Source of the DNA: Strigamia acuminata
Taxonomy: Eukaryota
DNA: 64,000 bases
Assembly (NCBI GenBank): GCA_949358305.1
Contig: OX442314.1
Location: 33,356,001-33,420,000 of the forward strand
Direction of reading: 5' to 3'
In this document: piece after piece, positions 1-13,612 of the stretch
Layout: each line of letters begins with the position of its first letter
Position numbering within the stretch: the first letter of the stretch is position 1
Notes under the pieces: generated by a model
The model's database searches: none
Told to the model about the DNA's origin: nothing
What the model saw: only the letters and a program-made list of their open reading frames with translations
Program-made: the position numbers and the translations under genes

Positions 1-499
1 TGTGTGCGGCATTTACATGATTTTATATAGTAAGACTGCATTCCTACATGAATGTTGCATTTACATTTTCTTGTGCTTGTTTTTGAATCACAATGTCAGT
101 TCTCTGTATTCTTAAGTGGTCGTTTGGTCACTTGTGGGACTCGACAAATTTATTTAAGATCTTCTACTTTTATTTTTCCTCAATTTCTTTGTATTTACTC
201 CCTCATAAGACGCTGCACTTGCAACATCGTTTCCGCACCACTCCTAAAATTACCCAACCATTTACTCAATTTTAATTAGTTTTTAATTAACTTGACTGCC
301 ACTTGTATTGTAAGTCCACATTACACGAGTTCGTTCTGTAAGCCTACATGTATTTTAGGCCCGCATTCGTAAATGTGTGTGCGGCATATACATAATTTTG
401 TATTTTAAGACTGCATTCCTATACGAATTTTGCATTTACATTTTTTTGCATGTTAATCACGTTGTTAGTTCTCTGTATTCAGTATTATAAATGCAATGT

Positions 500-1190
500 A
501 ACTTTTCATTGGAACATCCAATCCCTCTTTAAAATACTTGCACCCTGATTGCACACAAACAGCTTCACAGTTAAGTTTGCTTCTTTTAACAATTGAAGGG
601 TTTCTTTCAATGTTTCACTTTAACTGCTGGTTGGTGACTGCTTGCTTCCAGTTCATGTTTAATCCCCTCGTCAAAGTTACATTGCTGTGTGTGGTCACAT
701 TTCCGGTGGAATTTTCTAGACCTAAAATAGTTTCAATAAACTGTTGTGAACGTTTGACACTTCTAAAACTTGTAATGGAGCTCTTTGGACTCTTAATTTG
801 GTTGAAGATCCAAAATAAGGTGTGTGTATGGTCCTCAAGTGGAATAATGATAGTTCTTGTATACGAGAATCTACTACCAACACAACTGTCTTGGTCAACC
901 AAACCTCCGGTATTCTATCACAAGGAATGATCATGCATTGTTCTTGCATAGCAGGCTTGGTAACTCCTCTTATCTTCATATTCCACATAGACTCCCTCAA
1001 AGTTTGCACATAGTCGAAGCTGCAAACGCCAATCTGTGTGGTGTAGTAAGAGAAGGATGGACACTTGTGTTTGTAAAAGGTTGATATTCCTAATTTTATA
1101 CTGCGAACCTTATTGAGCACCATTAGTTCATTACTCCATTGTTGCATGGCTGTTTCTTGTATGTATTTAACAGCTTCCATTTCTTTCATT
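500..1190 (-). pseudogene. Degraded P-element/THAP9-like transposase fragment
   Basis: Minus-strand frames give ILGLENSTG...TRGLNMNWKQAV and LKEANLTVKLFVCNQGAS, resembling the P-transposase RGLxxxWKQP and VxxxVCDQG motifs; frameshifts and stops present. Confidence 0.6.
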
Positions 1191-1438
1191 TCTTACATTA
1201 TATCATTTCACGTTTTTTCTTTGCTGCTGGAAGTGATGGCTCACTCAAACTTGATGTGTCCTTTACAAACTTAAATGTCTTTCTGATGAGCTCTTCGACC
1301 ATGTCAGGCAATAGACTATGGCACTTTTCTATTGTCTGTAAATAACAGACGAAACCAAGGATCCAAAAACGTTGCTTTACACAAAACAAATGCATCTCCG
1401 CTATGATCATTGCCGTAATACCTGTCGATGATAAAAGC

Positions 1439-2233
1439 GGGTCCAATCGTTTAGTCGACTGTCGTCTAGTCGACGACAGCGACTAAACTATCATTTAGTC
1501 GGCAAAATGTTTAGTCGACTGTCGTCTAGTCGACGGTTTTACTTCTGGTCGCCTAGTCGACCAACTCTTTAGTGACGTCTAGTCGACGTTACGCCTAGTC
1601 GACGTAAGCAGCTTGTGTCATCAGTATATAACCACAGCTAATGTTCGAGTCATTCAAATAAAACTCACTAAAAACAAAACAGAAAACGCGTTCATAAAGT
1701 CATCTTTATGCTGTTACGCATGTTCTGTTGTTTAAATATCGTGCGCATGCCCACTGAGACTGAAAACAGACTAAATCGGCCGCCATTTTTGAAGTTAAAA
1801 GTTTATATTATTTTAAAAATATGGCTAGGGTAATAACATGTAGAAGAACTGCTTCTTTGCAGCCATTTGATGCTCTAGTTTTATATTCTTTTCTTTTTTT
1901 TCTTTGTTTTTTAAAGTGTAGTTGCCAGTAATTTATGCTGCAATCAATCCTTGTGTCAAGACTTCTTTAACTTACAATATGTAAATCTACACTGACCGAT
2001 TACTCTGTTCCCCAACCCCATAAAAGAAAATCATTACTTCCTAACAGTTCCTCCCAAAAGAACAAGAGAAGGAAAAAAAATTCTATACACTTAGTCGACG
2101 CCGTTTAGTCTACGCCGTTTAGTCGACCAGGTCACTTAGTCATCAAAAATCGTCGACTAAGTGACCTGGTCGACTAAACGGCGTAGACTAAACGGCGTCG
2201 ACTACGTGAATTACGACTAAACGACCCGACCTC
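1439..2233. mobile_element. Non-autonomous Mutator-like (MULE) MITE
   Basis: 9-bp TSD GATAAAAGC at 1430-1438 and 2234-2242; imperfect G...C TIRs (GGGTCCAATCGTTTAGTCG / CGACTAAACGACCCGACCTC); subterminal TAGTCGAC palindromic repeats. Confidence 0.8.
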
Positions 2234-3916
2234 GATAAAAGCAATATTGTTGTGGATAATAGCAATAAACTTTTCGTGGAAGTTTAGTTGTTTCGTTGTC
2301 TTCCTCGATAATAGATTCCAACTGCTTAGAAATGTGGGCAATAACCGGCAGTACGAATGATACGGACACTACTGTTCACCACTTAACTCTGCTGTAATTT
2401 CCTCAATCAGCTTTAGCTGACCTCGAGGAACTTCTAAGATTTCCAAATCACTGCTGTTTGATGTTAAAGCAGAGTATTTTCCACGTTGGTATCCCTGGAG
2501 AAGGCAGATGTAACGCACTACAATTATCCAAGTAACGGTCGTACAGGCACAATGTCAACCAGCATCGTATGGCAATATCTGCAGTTGTTGAGTATGAAAA
2601 ACTCTGCGCAATGGGCGATCGCACGCTGGGCTTTCTTGGCATTATGGTGCACGAGTTTAATATTGTTTGCAGCAAAAACCCTTTTGATCGCTAGGTTGAC
2701 GACGTGCCCAAAGCAAGGAAGCAGAAACCTATTTCTCTTATTTCTGTCCTATCACTAAGTTGAAAAGAACCCAGCTATGTACTGTATGTATCCAGAACCA
2801 AGAAACTGCCTGACAAGACAAACTGTGATGTTGTGTACCGCATGCTTCTGGAGGAACTTCACGTAATCCATTTGAACAAAGTGGGATTACTAAGAACGAG
2901 ATTGTCACCATCCAGGAGAACAAGGAACTCAAAAAAGGAGATTGCTGTGTGCCTCTGGAAGACCCACCTACACAAGCTCTTGGGCTTCTTCTTGGGTGTA
3001 GGGGGATGCCAGGAGGGCTTGTAAGAAATGGACAATGCTATCGGTGTCTAAACATCATGGAACAGAGTGGCTATTCAGAAAACTAAAAGGAGTAAAAGTT
3101 TTCTAAAGAGATTCTTTGACTAGATAAGATGGCTTTTCTAAACTCCCATACCAAAGTATGGCATGTACGAAGAGCAAAGAAAAATAATTTGCGAACTAGG
3201 TATTGGAAAACCCACGAACTGTAAGGAATGTTCCATGACGTGAAATAGTCTGAGCTAAATAAGAACTGAAGATATAAGTTTCAAAGAATGCGTTGGGTTC
3301 CCGGGAAAGCCCACCCAAAACGCTTAAGAAGGAAGGACTTTCTTAGGAGGTTTCTATATGGAAACTACAACCTAAAATGGAAAATGCATTCTAATGTAAT
3401 GTCGACTTAAATTGACAGAACTGTGCATCTAAAGACTATTAGTATCCCATTGACGGATCAACCCAAGGAAAGGGCACCGCAGCATCTCAAACTATGTCTA
3501 AACTGCAAGAAAGAGTCATCTTAACGACGAGAAGTAAGCGGTCACCAGTGTGGACCAGCTTACGACGTGCCCCCGAGTGCAAATCGCCAATGATTCGAGG
3601 GGTTCGAACAATTGAACAAAGAGAGGAGAGAGAATGGACGCCAAGTAAAGGCCAGTCCGTCACCCCATCTGTGGCAAAGCTATCTGAATGAAAGAGTTAT
3701 TTGCGAAACAAATTGATTGAACCGTAACTTATCTTTCTTGTGTTGAAAGAAATATCACTAAGGGAGCGTCGCGAGGGGACGTTGAGAGAATGTCGAGAGG
3801 AAGACCGCTATCCACTAAAAAGAATGAATATCGCTGATTGTGCTCCAGGCAAGAGACCAGGCGCACCGGTCAATGCTCAAGAGGGGAGTCACAAACAGGA
3901 AAGTGCCTCGTAAACA

Positions 3917-4165
3917 GGTCTGGGCCCATCCAGTGGCCTTTAGCAGGTCGTACACACCTAGAAAATAAAGAAAAACGATGAAAAACGATCAAAATTTGAA
4001 AAAAAAACTTAAAAAATAGATAAAAACAAATTTCAAAAAATGCCTTCTGACCTTTCATGATGTCCAGTGTGGCCTGGGTGAGTTCGGGACCCATCCACTG
4101 GCCTTTAACAGGTCGTGAATACCTAGAAAATAAAGAAAAAAGATGAAAAACGATCAAAATTTGAA
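3917..4165. repeat. Diverged ~85-bp direct repeat pair
   Basis: CCCATCCA(G/C)TGGCCTTTA(G/A)CAGGTCGT...CCTAGAAAATAAAGAAAAA(C/A)GATGAAAAACGATCAAAATTTGAA occurs twice, ~165 bp apart. Confidence 0.8.
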
Positions 4166-5619
4166 TCAAGCACTCAGTGTGCAAGACGGATAGAAATGCC
4201 CCAACCCAACCTCATGATTGAGTTGTAAAATCAAAAGAGAAGCAGCTAATGTGACTGCGCGCGTCGACTCACGCTGACCACACTCATGCCTAAACTCTAA
4301 GAAATGGGACAAAACTTCTCTGCACCGTGGTGCAACGTGAGCAAAGAACTCAGTCCCTTGAACAGCTCACGCTTGCTTGCCTGTCAGAACACGGCGGGGC
4401 TCGTAGACTGAACAACCAAAACTAGAAAGGATGACCCTTTGCCGCTTGGCAGCAGTAGTAGGGCGCGTATGTGTCCCTCGGGGCAGTGGAAGCACGACGT
4501 GCAACAAACCGCTGTGGGACAAAGAAGAAACTCGAAGAACCACCGCCCTAGGGACGGCGTTCATTTCCGTGTAGACTGACCATGTGACTGGTCAAGATCT
4601 AAGACAGGAGACATGCTCAAGGGACATGACCCGAGCGTCTCAGTGCTCTGTGAGAGCGCAAACAACACAAAAAACGTTTTCTCTTGAAAGGGAAACCAAG
4701 AGGAGGAGGAGGGAGGTGGTCACTGTTCCGGACACAATTTCACTCTGGTCAGTAAAGACGCTAGACACTCAAGAGAAACCGCATTTTTCACTCACGTTTT
4801 GTGAAAAACCAAAGATGTCCTTGACGATGTCGCATCGACGCATCTGAACGTTGAGCGCAGCCAACTCCCGGCTGAGTTGATTCAGCCATCGCTGACCGCA
4901 AGAACCGCGAGCTCGATCCTGGGTCACGGTACCAAAAAAAAATGTTGCGGGCCGTGAGATGTACCGGCTGCACACATCAAGCTTGACGGGCGAGTTGCGC
5001 TTTGCAGCTCGCGCCCGTGGTCCTCGGTGTAGGCACGCAAAGGAGAGCGCGGTGACCTGCAGCTAGCTTTTGTAGAGCGACTCCAACACGACCCACGGCC
5101 TTGGTGCCTGGCGTCCAGTTCAGGTGCAGATTAGATATCTGCACGGCTCAAATGGAGAACTGGATCAGGTGGAGAAACTCTTAAGTTGTGCCTGGTTTAT
5201 GCCACTGACCATGCTGGATGCATTATTGGTTGTTGCAACAACACCTTTACTGCGCTGAATGCTCCAAACTTTTAGCATAGCGTCCAACGTATGCTGCAAA
5301 TTTTCTCCAGTATGGTTTTCTGGTATGTGCTGACAATTCAGAGTAACTGGTTTCAACTCCCAATCCTTCGAAACGAAATGCACAGTTAGTGACATGTACG
5401 GCTCCATCACAACGGATGTCCAACAATCCGTTGAGATGCAACAAATCTCCATCTAGCTTAAAATTTCCTTGACTGATGCTACAATATCAATGTCCAACAA
5501 ATTGAAAAAAAATGTCATTTGGTGTATCATATTTTTTGGAAATCCAGTGCTCAACGTCTTTGAGCAGATAATTGCAACCTATAACAATAGGTACATTAGA
5601 GGTAAACTTACGCATTGCT

Positions 5620-5945
5620 GAAACCGTCCCTTGTTTACAAACTGCAAAGATTTTTCAAGACAGCTGGCAAATTTTCTTTCATGCAGCATAAATGCTACCG
5701 GAAAGATTGGATTTCCCCCATCATTCTAATATTTTTCATGACTAGCGTTGAGACATAAAAATCCCCCATTTGGAAAATTGTGTTATATGTAGCAACTTGT
5801 GGTAATGCTTTGGTTTTGTTGCTTAAAGCAACGATGCTTCTTCCATACTTGATTGTACTTAGAAAAGCACAAACAACAACCATATCTGGAAACATTTGGA
5901 TAGAATCAACAAATGGTGAAAACTGATGTGCTAATTTAATCAAAC
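5620..5945 (-). pseudogene. Degraded MULE-like DDE transposase fragment
   Basis: ATYNTIFQMGDFYVSTLV, then after a frameshift PIFPVAFMLHERKF, resembling the YDTTFxLGDFYVS...AFxxHERK motif of invertebrate Mutator-like transposases. Confidence 0.55.
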
Positions 5946-6117
5946 CAAATGAGGATTCATTTGAAACACACTCTCTCTCTCTCTTTAACTCAAGTTTTGG
6001 ACTTGAACCAAATCCTTGGGGCGATCGACAGACATGTGCTAAATCACTAACAACATTTTGCTTTGCAAATCAACAATGGGTCTGCAGCTTTGGCAAGGTG
6101 AGAATTCAAAACTTTTC

Positions 6118-6171
6118 TCCAGCGTCTCGTGGTCCTCCCTTAACCACGTGCCGTCTGTCCGAACACTCACA
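6118..6171 (+). repeat. Fragment of an LTR 3' (U5) end related to the 13.6/20.9-kb LTRs
   Basis: TCCAGCGTCTCGTGGTCCTCCC..ACCACGTG.CGTCTGTCCGAACACTCACA aligns to the last ~54 bp of those LTRs. Confidence 0.7.
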
Positions 6172-8337
6172 AAATTAAACAACACAGTGGTGTGTTTAGT
6201 GCTCTCGCGAAAAAAAAACTCAAACGCAAGGATGCGTCTTGAAAGCAATATGACAGCTGGGCACTTGTTAGAAATAGTGATGTCATTGGTCAGATGACCA
6301 ACTTTTAGACATCTCGATGCCACCTGTCGTAAAAGACCACACACCCAAAACAATAACAAGAGAGCGCAAAGAATAATATTTAAAAATGAACAATAAGAAT
6401 CAAATTAAAAACCTAACTTTTATATTTCAGAAATTAACCATCAAGAAAAACATGAAAGAACCGACATTGATGCAACAAAATGAGAAAAAATTCTCCACAT
6501 TGCAGGCAACAGATGTCGATGGCATGGCCAGACTATCTTCAACACTTTCACTATTCAAATTAATAGGGTTCTTGACTGTATCATTATTGGATTTACTTAC
6601 ATTTTCTGAATTTGAAACTATATCATTATTATGATTCATTTTTTGTTTTTAAAATCTAATTGTTACCCTCAGGTGTTTCCTTAACTCCATTTTTACAAAC
6701 TAATCTTGGTGTGATTGCCTCTGTTGATCCCATCAGTTCTTGTAAGATGTAATAAAAAGGACCCCTTTTTATTACAAACTTTGAAAATAAACATCTCCAT
6801 GTAACACCATTCCCAGTTGTTTTTATCCATTTCTTAGTTTCCAAGTATGTCTTCTACAAACTACCTTTGGAGTTCGTTGAATACTAGTATTTACTTCTGT
6901 GTTTAACATTGCACTCATCAAACCATCTTACAACATAATCTATTTGCTTTCAACTTTCAACTTTCAACTTTAAAATAATGAAGTGGTTACGTTTACGTTC
7001 GACGTGAACGTATTGTTTTCAAGGCATGCTGTGATTGGTTGAGAGATGCATTGAATTTGATTGACGAAAGACCCCGCTCCGTCTACATTGCTAAATCTAA
7101 CAAAATAATCGATTATTTTCACACAAATAAAACCACACTACAGTATATGCTAACTTAAACAAATCCAAGAAAGTTGAAATTGCAATATAGATATACAGCA
7201 CAAGCTGGCAAGAGTGCTGGAGCGTTAAAATGTTCCAGCCAAAATCTGAAATTAATTCCAGCAGGCAGTCGGTGTAATTCAAACTTATTATCAGCAAAAA
7301 TATTTTGAAAAGCTTAAAAACACGGTATACATTCATTTCGAATATCACAACAACTACACTAAGCTGCTTATAACAAAAATAAAATTTGAAATCATGTGCA
7401 GATATACTTACTTGAACAAGTCTGGGAGAATTAAACAGACTAGTGACGTTGGTATGACGAATAAGCACACTTTTTCTATCACGTCTGCCTGGTCACACGG
7501 GAACCAGTCCTGCGTTTAAATTTGTATTGGATGTATGAAATAGTGCTCTGAGCACATCCATCCACTAGTCTTTACAATTTATTTCTGTACTGTTTTGACG
7601 TAGAACAGAACTACTTGCACGTCATGGGATGACAGTCATGTTTGGCGTAAATGTAAATCAGTGCCAGCAATCTAACCACAAGTTCACGAGCAAACCTCAC
7701 AATGAGAAACATTTCCCATCAAGAGACCAATACTGATAGTGTGGTGTATTGACACCACAAGGAATTATGCAATGTACAAGACATCATGCAGCTTCCATCT
7801 TTTCCCCCTAGTGACGGTTGGCCAGGTAACCATGCAATAAAGGAATCTACTTCTATTAGGGGAGTAGATCATGGAGGATGTTTAGGCCCAAACTCCTGGC
7901 TATTTAATTTGTGTTATAGGACAAATACACAAAAGATAGCAAACACACCAACAAACTACAACAACAACTCCTAGCGCCACCTCCTGCACTTCGGCAGCAT
8001 AGTAACTACTATGCCCTTTTGTAGTTTAATTTCGAGTCTAAAGGAATGTTTGTTCAATTTTATAAACATGGAAATAAATCATTTGCCAGTTTATTGGACG
8101 AGCACGGCTGATAGAATACAAGAGATTGTGAGTTCAACGATTCATTTATTCCGATAATAGAAATAGAGAACAATTTTTACAATTTTTGCAATTTTAGCAA
8201 CCGTTTGCACTGCTGTCATCTCCACAAGAAAATCCAGACTTGTATACTTGGAAACCAGCTGACGTTTAATTGGCACAACTATCATCATTGGAGTGGCACT
8301 TCTTAAATAAATAAATAAATAAACATGCAAGGGAACT

Positions 8338-9521
8338 TCATGTGTTCATCTGTGTTCTTCTGTTTAAAAAACACTTGATCATTTCCCGAGTGTTGTCCTT
8401 TAAGTGTCCATTACTTTCCGGTTTAGAGTAAGTTTTTGGGGTAATTGTCGATATTTTTCTGCGTTGAAGAAATTGTCGAATCAAATCCCGTTCGAGTGAA
8501 TTTTCACTCTTCGGAACAACGGCGCTCGGAACGAAACCGATTTGATCGGCATACGTGATCAGAGTTCTAATAATTTCTGTTAAAATAAATTTTTTTTTCA
8601 AAAAAACGTAAAAAAAATTTTATCCACTTTTTTTTGTGTTTTTCAATATTTTTACCCGAATGTGCGTAAACGTTTTCGCTGTAACTGTCATTTCCATCGA
8701 GCTGCAGTAAATCCGGAGTCAAAATGAGAGAAAGATGGCGCACGTCCATCTCGTTCGACGCACCAAACGAAAGCAATCGATTCAAAAACTTAAAAAAAAA
8801 TATAAAATAAAAATCGACATCAAAATCAACTTGCAATAATATTTATATTTACTAACCATCATGAAATAGCGAAGAAGGTTTAGATTTTGAATCGGCAGCA
8901 ATGAACACAACGACAAAGTGCATCTACGGCGCTCCTCTTCAGATTCCATATTCTGCGCCTTCAATAACGCACCGTGGAATTTCGCCAATATTAACGGTTC
9001 CGGTAATTCTCTTAAGAATTGTTTGACTACGTCGCAAAGATCGTACACGGACACACGTTTTAAATCTAATCTTTGACTTTGAATGCTTTTCTGTTGATTA
9101 AAAACAAGATTTTAAACATTTTGAACGTCATTGTTTTTTTTTTTTTTAAATTTAATTTACTCTAAGTTGTTGTTGGATTGCAGACGATCCTTCCTTCCAA
9201 AACAGATATTGAGTTTCAAAATGTTTCTCTATGTTTGCCAGAATATGGACGAAAAATCTATATATGGGAAAATGAGAAAATTGTAAAAAGTTGTATTAAT
9301 TTCTCTCTCCTTAAATGCACTTACGTTGGAATTGTTATTTGTTTTTGTTTGTCGACAATCGTGTGCGCCAAATGTTCGATCGGAACTCCAAACACTTTTT
9401 TAGTTGGTCGCAATTGGGCTCGTTTTCTCGTTCTGGGAGGTTTGATCCCCATACTGGTCAATTCTCCAACTGAAATTTGTCGCAGTTGTTCCCTCAAGAT
9501 TTCCGTTACGTATCCGTCCAT
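8338..9521 (-). CDS. Rho GTPase-activating protein, ARHGAP11-like; exons 9521-9325, 9257-9161, 9090-8857, 8788-8656, 8576-8338 (~300 aa)
   Basis: GT-AG introns join in frame; VFGVP, KQFLRELPEP, LLKAQ, NEMD...LILTPDLL and LITYADQIGFVP match the ARHGAP11-type GAP domain; last exon boundary less certain. Confidence 0.85.
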
Positions 9522-9889
9522 TCGTAATAATAATTTCTACGACAATATAAGTGACAAGCAAAAGCAATGCTGTTCACTTGAAGCGTGTGTGCTGGAAAAT
9601 TCAAACTGACAAGTGAATCGACCCCGCCCCGTGCATATCATATCAACAAAAGTGACTATCAATCAATTGGACCTGGGGTCGTAGAGGTCAAGAAGATTAG
9701 ATTTTAATTGGTGACTGAATTATATCGAGAAATAAATTAGATAAAAGTTGGAATTGATTATATTTTATTGAGGTTGAGGTGTGGCGTTAGATTAGGCGTG
9801 CTTTTTGGGTTTAATCTTTAAACGCGGTGTTGTGCTTGGTCGCGTTGAATATGTCGACGTATTTGGATACGATTCCTGTGCGGTTGGTA

Positions 9890-10130
9890 TTGGGCTTGGA
9901 TGAGGTAGACCAATCAGCTGCTTTAAGAATGCAGTCTATCAAAACTCCTCTGCCCGCTGCAAACGAGGTAGAGGCAGCTCGTGTCGAGTGCGCTGAAAAA
10001 ATAGATGTGTCCACCCCAGCTTCAGAAAGGAAGCTCTTGATCCAACGCGCAATGGTCGTGGACGAGACCGGCCCAAACGGCGGCGAGGCCGACAGAAACA
10101 GCTGTTTTGCAGCACCCCTATAGGGCTTGG
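9890..10130 (-). pseudogene. Tyrosine recombinase C-terminal fragment (DIRS-like retrotransposon)
   Basis: LFLS..PPFGPVSSTTIARWIKSFLSEAGVDTSIFSAHSTRAASTS...ILKAADWS contains the HSTR (HxxR) motif typical of DIRS YR. Confidence 0.85.
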
Positions 10131-10282
10131 AAAAATCCAAATAACACATATCTTTATCCCATTTTGATGCAACGTGGAAGGGGGCGATAGAGGCAGACTT
10201 TCGCGAACCAATCAACGGAACGACGCAAAAAAGGAAAGATCTGCAGAAAGCAACTTAAGATCGGCTGCCCTGCCTGCCAAAG

Positions 10283-10860
10283 CTACGGCCAACAGTGTAG
10301 AGAGAATGTCACTTGGGAATACTCCGACGGCAATAAATTCAAATATTGGTACCCGTGATGAGTTTCCGAGACGTCTTCGCCTATGTCTTTTAACTGGCGA
10401 ACGTGATAATCAACGCGCCAAATAAAGTCCACCATTTCTTCATCGGACTCGAGACGTAATCTGAGGAATTCTCGCCTCATCGCGGCTTGATGTGCGCAAG
10501 AGCTAGGGGCATATATCTTTGCTAATGTGTCCCACGATTCCTTTGGAGTGTCACATCGGTCGAGGGCCGATTTCTATATAAGGGCAATATATAAGTCCGA
10601 GGGTCTTATCTTTATGACAGAGGAACTTCTTTCATTCTTTTTTGGTGACAGAAAAGGAAGAACTCATTCATCAAGGCCTCTGTCACGTAATGCCAGAGTC
10701 CTTCGGCTTTCAATAACATCTTCATGGACCGCTGCCATGACTCATAATTGCCCACGGATAGAATTAGGACTTTTCCACTTGTATTGTCCGTTGCCTTTTG
10801 CATGACGAAATCCAGTGATCAACCGCAAAAGAGCAAACATCGTGGCACTATGAATGGCAC
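10283..10860 (-). pseudogene. Ty1/copia gag fragment
   Basis: NYESWQRSMKMLLKAEGLWHYV and REFLRLRLESDEEMVDFIWRV...QLKDIGEDVSE...LNLLPSEY resemble copia gag (UBN2-type) motifs; frameshifted. Confidence 0.8.
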
Positions 10861-12519
10861 AAAAGCGTAGAAAAATTTCACTCATGTGATGCACAATATT
10901 CGAACGACAAAATGTCGGAGCACTAAGTGATGTTTGAAGCGGAAACCTTCAACGGGGCAAATCACTTCTGAAGTGACGAAAAACTTCAACCGGCCAACAC
11001 ACGAACCTTCGATCGACCACCTGGGGTCGCGGGACAGTTTGCTTGCCACGGTAAGCACCGGTTGAAAATACAATTTTCGCTTGGCCGGAATGATCGAAGG
11101 GCGAAAACGATGCTAATAAGGTCCCACCAAAAACTTAATAATACCTTAAATTCTAACAAAAATAGTTTGACAACTGAAAAATAAAAATTAGGCGAAAAGT
11201 GATGAATCGAGCACGGCAATTGTCCTTGCGCGTGCCTCGCGTGAAAAACGCGGAAAATCGTCGAAAAATCACCAAAAAAAATTGAAATTGACCGCACACT
11301 GGGATGCTAAGTCATAAATCCTTGGTCTGCTTGCTAAATGCGCCTTACCCGGAGTACTAAGCGCCGTTGACACACGTCGAATTGCCGAAAACCGGAAAAT
11401 AAATAAAATTATTGTGAAATTCGCGAAAAACGCGAAAAACTCGATTATGTTAGACAAAAATAAGCTAATTGTTGATTGTGGATAAATAAACTGGTTAGTC
11501 CTGTTTGTAATCTGTGGCAAAACTTTGCTCAAAACGAGCAGCCATGTTTTATTTGCAAAAACATAAAGCCAAGTGGCAAATCGTACAGAGAAGAACAAAT
11601 CTTACATAATTTCCTCCAATGCGTGATGGAAAATCCATGTCAAGCCGTAGAGACTTCTTCAAGACGAACACTAAGCCTTTTTGCATTGCCCTTCTGACCG
11701 CAAGCATTCAAGTCACGTGACCCAATGACCTCCCAAGTAAGCGGATGCCTGCAACCTATCTGCACACTGCCTGATGACACCTGTCATACTACAAGACCCC
11801 TTTCGCGCAAATAAGATTGCTTTCAACGTACACACTATTTCCCCCTCTTCTATTCAAGTACAGTACCGCATCTTAACTATACAACATATTACCCATGACA
11901 CCTTGCCCTTGACAGAACCTAAAGGATTATATATCCAAAAGATATGATTCACCGAAACGAGTCTATTTTCCCGCTCCTCGACTCTTTTTCCATTCCAAAA
12001 TAACTAAATGCAAAAAAGAAAAAAAGAAAAAAAAAAAATGAGAAACTGACACAGATATACGTAACCAAGGTTTCAGATTGAATTAAATCGCCAGCCGTAC
12101 AAAACTGATGGAAAACTTCTTCACGGAATCCATGCTAATCTTAGCTTGCCGCCTTTTTCACATGTCAGGTGACACTCCCTGACCTTTGAGACGAGCGCCT
12201 TCTTTCCCAATCCTCCGTGCCAAACCTTTTAAATCCGAAAAGGAGGAAAGTGGAAAGTGAACCATAACAAGGGAAACACGCCATCGTCATGGAAACGGAT
12301 GCAAAAATAACTACATGTATCATACCACTTGGAAAAGAAAATAAACAAAATTTGCCTCCATTTATACAAAAAAATTTTTCTCAGAAACTAATGGATAGAT
12401 TTTGATAAAATTTTAGGTGAATAAAGTAGGATGTTCTACAAGCATCCAGTTAAAATTTCATTAATTTTCCTCTATTTTTTCCCGAGATACAGCCGGGAGA
12501 ATCAACATGATGCGTTAGT

Positions 12520-12720
12520 AAACTTACTTTTGCCCCCCACTGTATATATACAGGGTGGAAGAAAAGTCTGTTCCCCTCAAATATTTCCTCAGCAATTGCA
12601 TCTAGGCCAACTTTGATAAAGCGATTGTATAGGAAGTTGGGTGAGAGCAATCCATTGGTGTCATCAAATTTGACCTTGGGGGCCATTTTCAAAGTCATTC
12701 ACTTGCTAACTTCTAAACCA
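12520..12720. mobile_element. Abutting Tc1/mariner-like element ends at a (TA)n run
   Basis: ACTTTTGCCCCCCACTG-TA (reverse complement of a Tc1-like CAGTGGGGGGCAAAAGT terminus), followed by TA-CAGGGTGG; partner ends not found. Confidence 0.4.
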
Positions 12721-13079
12721 ATCAGGTTAGAGAAAAATTTCCAATTACAAAGTTGTAGAGCACCATCTAATTAGTACTATCCAATTTATCTTAGTCATCT
12801 TAAGTTAAATGTTTTCTTTTTAAAAAGGAGACAAATCAGAAAATAAATCAGCGAAACAAAATTTTTTATTCTTGTGATAAAATAATTATTGAGGCATTAA
12901 AAAAAGGCAGTGGTTTTTCTTGTTTGCTTGCATAATAATGCACACTTGAATACGTTTATTTAAGTAATTTAGTATTTTTCTAGTAGAAATTTAAGTTTTG
13001 TCACATTTAGGCTGGCTTTATTTTAGCTGATTTGTCTCCAAATAATTATCATAATTTACATCTGTATTTTTCTTATTTT

Positions 13080-13612
13080 CTAGCTTATTATGATTAAAAC
13101 CAGAGTTGATGTATTGGTCTTTTAAAGGCACAGAAAAAACACTATTTGAAATTGGACCAGCACTTGGTAATGTTTGGTTATTCTCAGCATTCATTAATCA
13201 TTACACTAAAATTGTGCACTTTGCAGACCTGGATTCCATGGCACTTGACTTGATGTTTGTGCATCCGTATAATAATATTTGCGAGAGTATTCATATAAGT
13301 ATTTTGACACCCAAGATTCTTCTTTTTTTACTTGCATTCCGCACTTGTCAGCATTGTTGGCTAATTGACTAACAAAAGAATCTATATATTTTTCACGTGT
13401 TAGACCTAAATCATCCAAATCTATTTCTTTGGGTATACGCAAGCAAACAACTTGATTGACGCCTTGTCCTAATTACGACGCTACAGTTACATTCTTCTGC
13501 TGTAAGAAGAATTAATAAAGTGGTTAACAAGGTCCATCCTTTTTGTCTTAACCCTTCTAGCCATGCTTCACTTCCTTGTTGATACCTTGGTCCTTGTAAT
13601 GGGTCACCATTA
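13080..13612 (-). pseudogene. Endogenous viral element: Mononegavirales L (RdRp) gene, 3' part (motifs B-D)
   Basis: GSEAWLEGLRQKGWT (motif B); frameshifted LGQGVNQ (QGDNQ motif C, mutated); GMQVKKEESWVSKYLYEYSRKYYY; NNQTLPS...ISNSVFS. Confidence 0.92.

Larger units (their letters stand above)
1200..5460 (-). pseudogene. Degraded hAT-family transposase, split by later insertions
   Basis: 5165-5452: STDCWTS...SLTVHFV..W.L...HTGENL...TNNASSM; ~2730-2243: PCFGHVVNLA, DIAIRCW, TAELSGE; ~1370: ATFLDPWF. These are colinear hAT motifs; interrupted at 1439-2233 and ~2740-5165. Confidence 0.8.

Noticed and set aside
1..480. Diverged ~110-bp repeat at 1 and ~376
   Set aside because: Truncated by the window edge and cannot be classified
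2740..5165. Insertion in the hAT remnant as a DIRS-like element
   Set aside because: No convincing motif or termini; left unclassified
7500..7900. Possible piggyBac transposase C-terminal Cys-rich remnant (minus strand)
   Set aside because: Too degraded to support by eye
11500..11700. Possible copia RT remnant (LKKSLYGL-like, minus strand)
   Set aside because: Single frameshifted motif only
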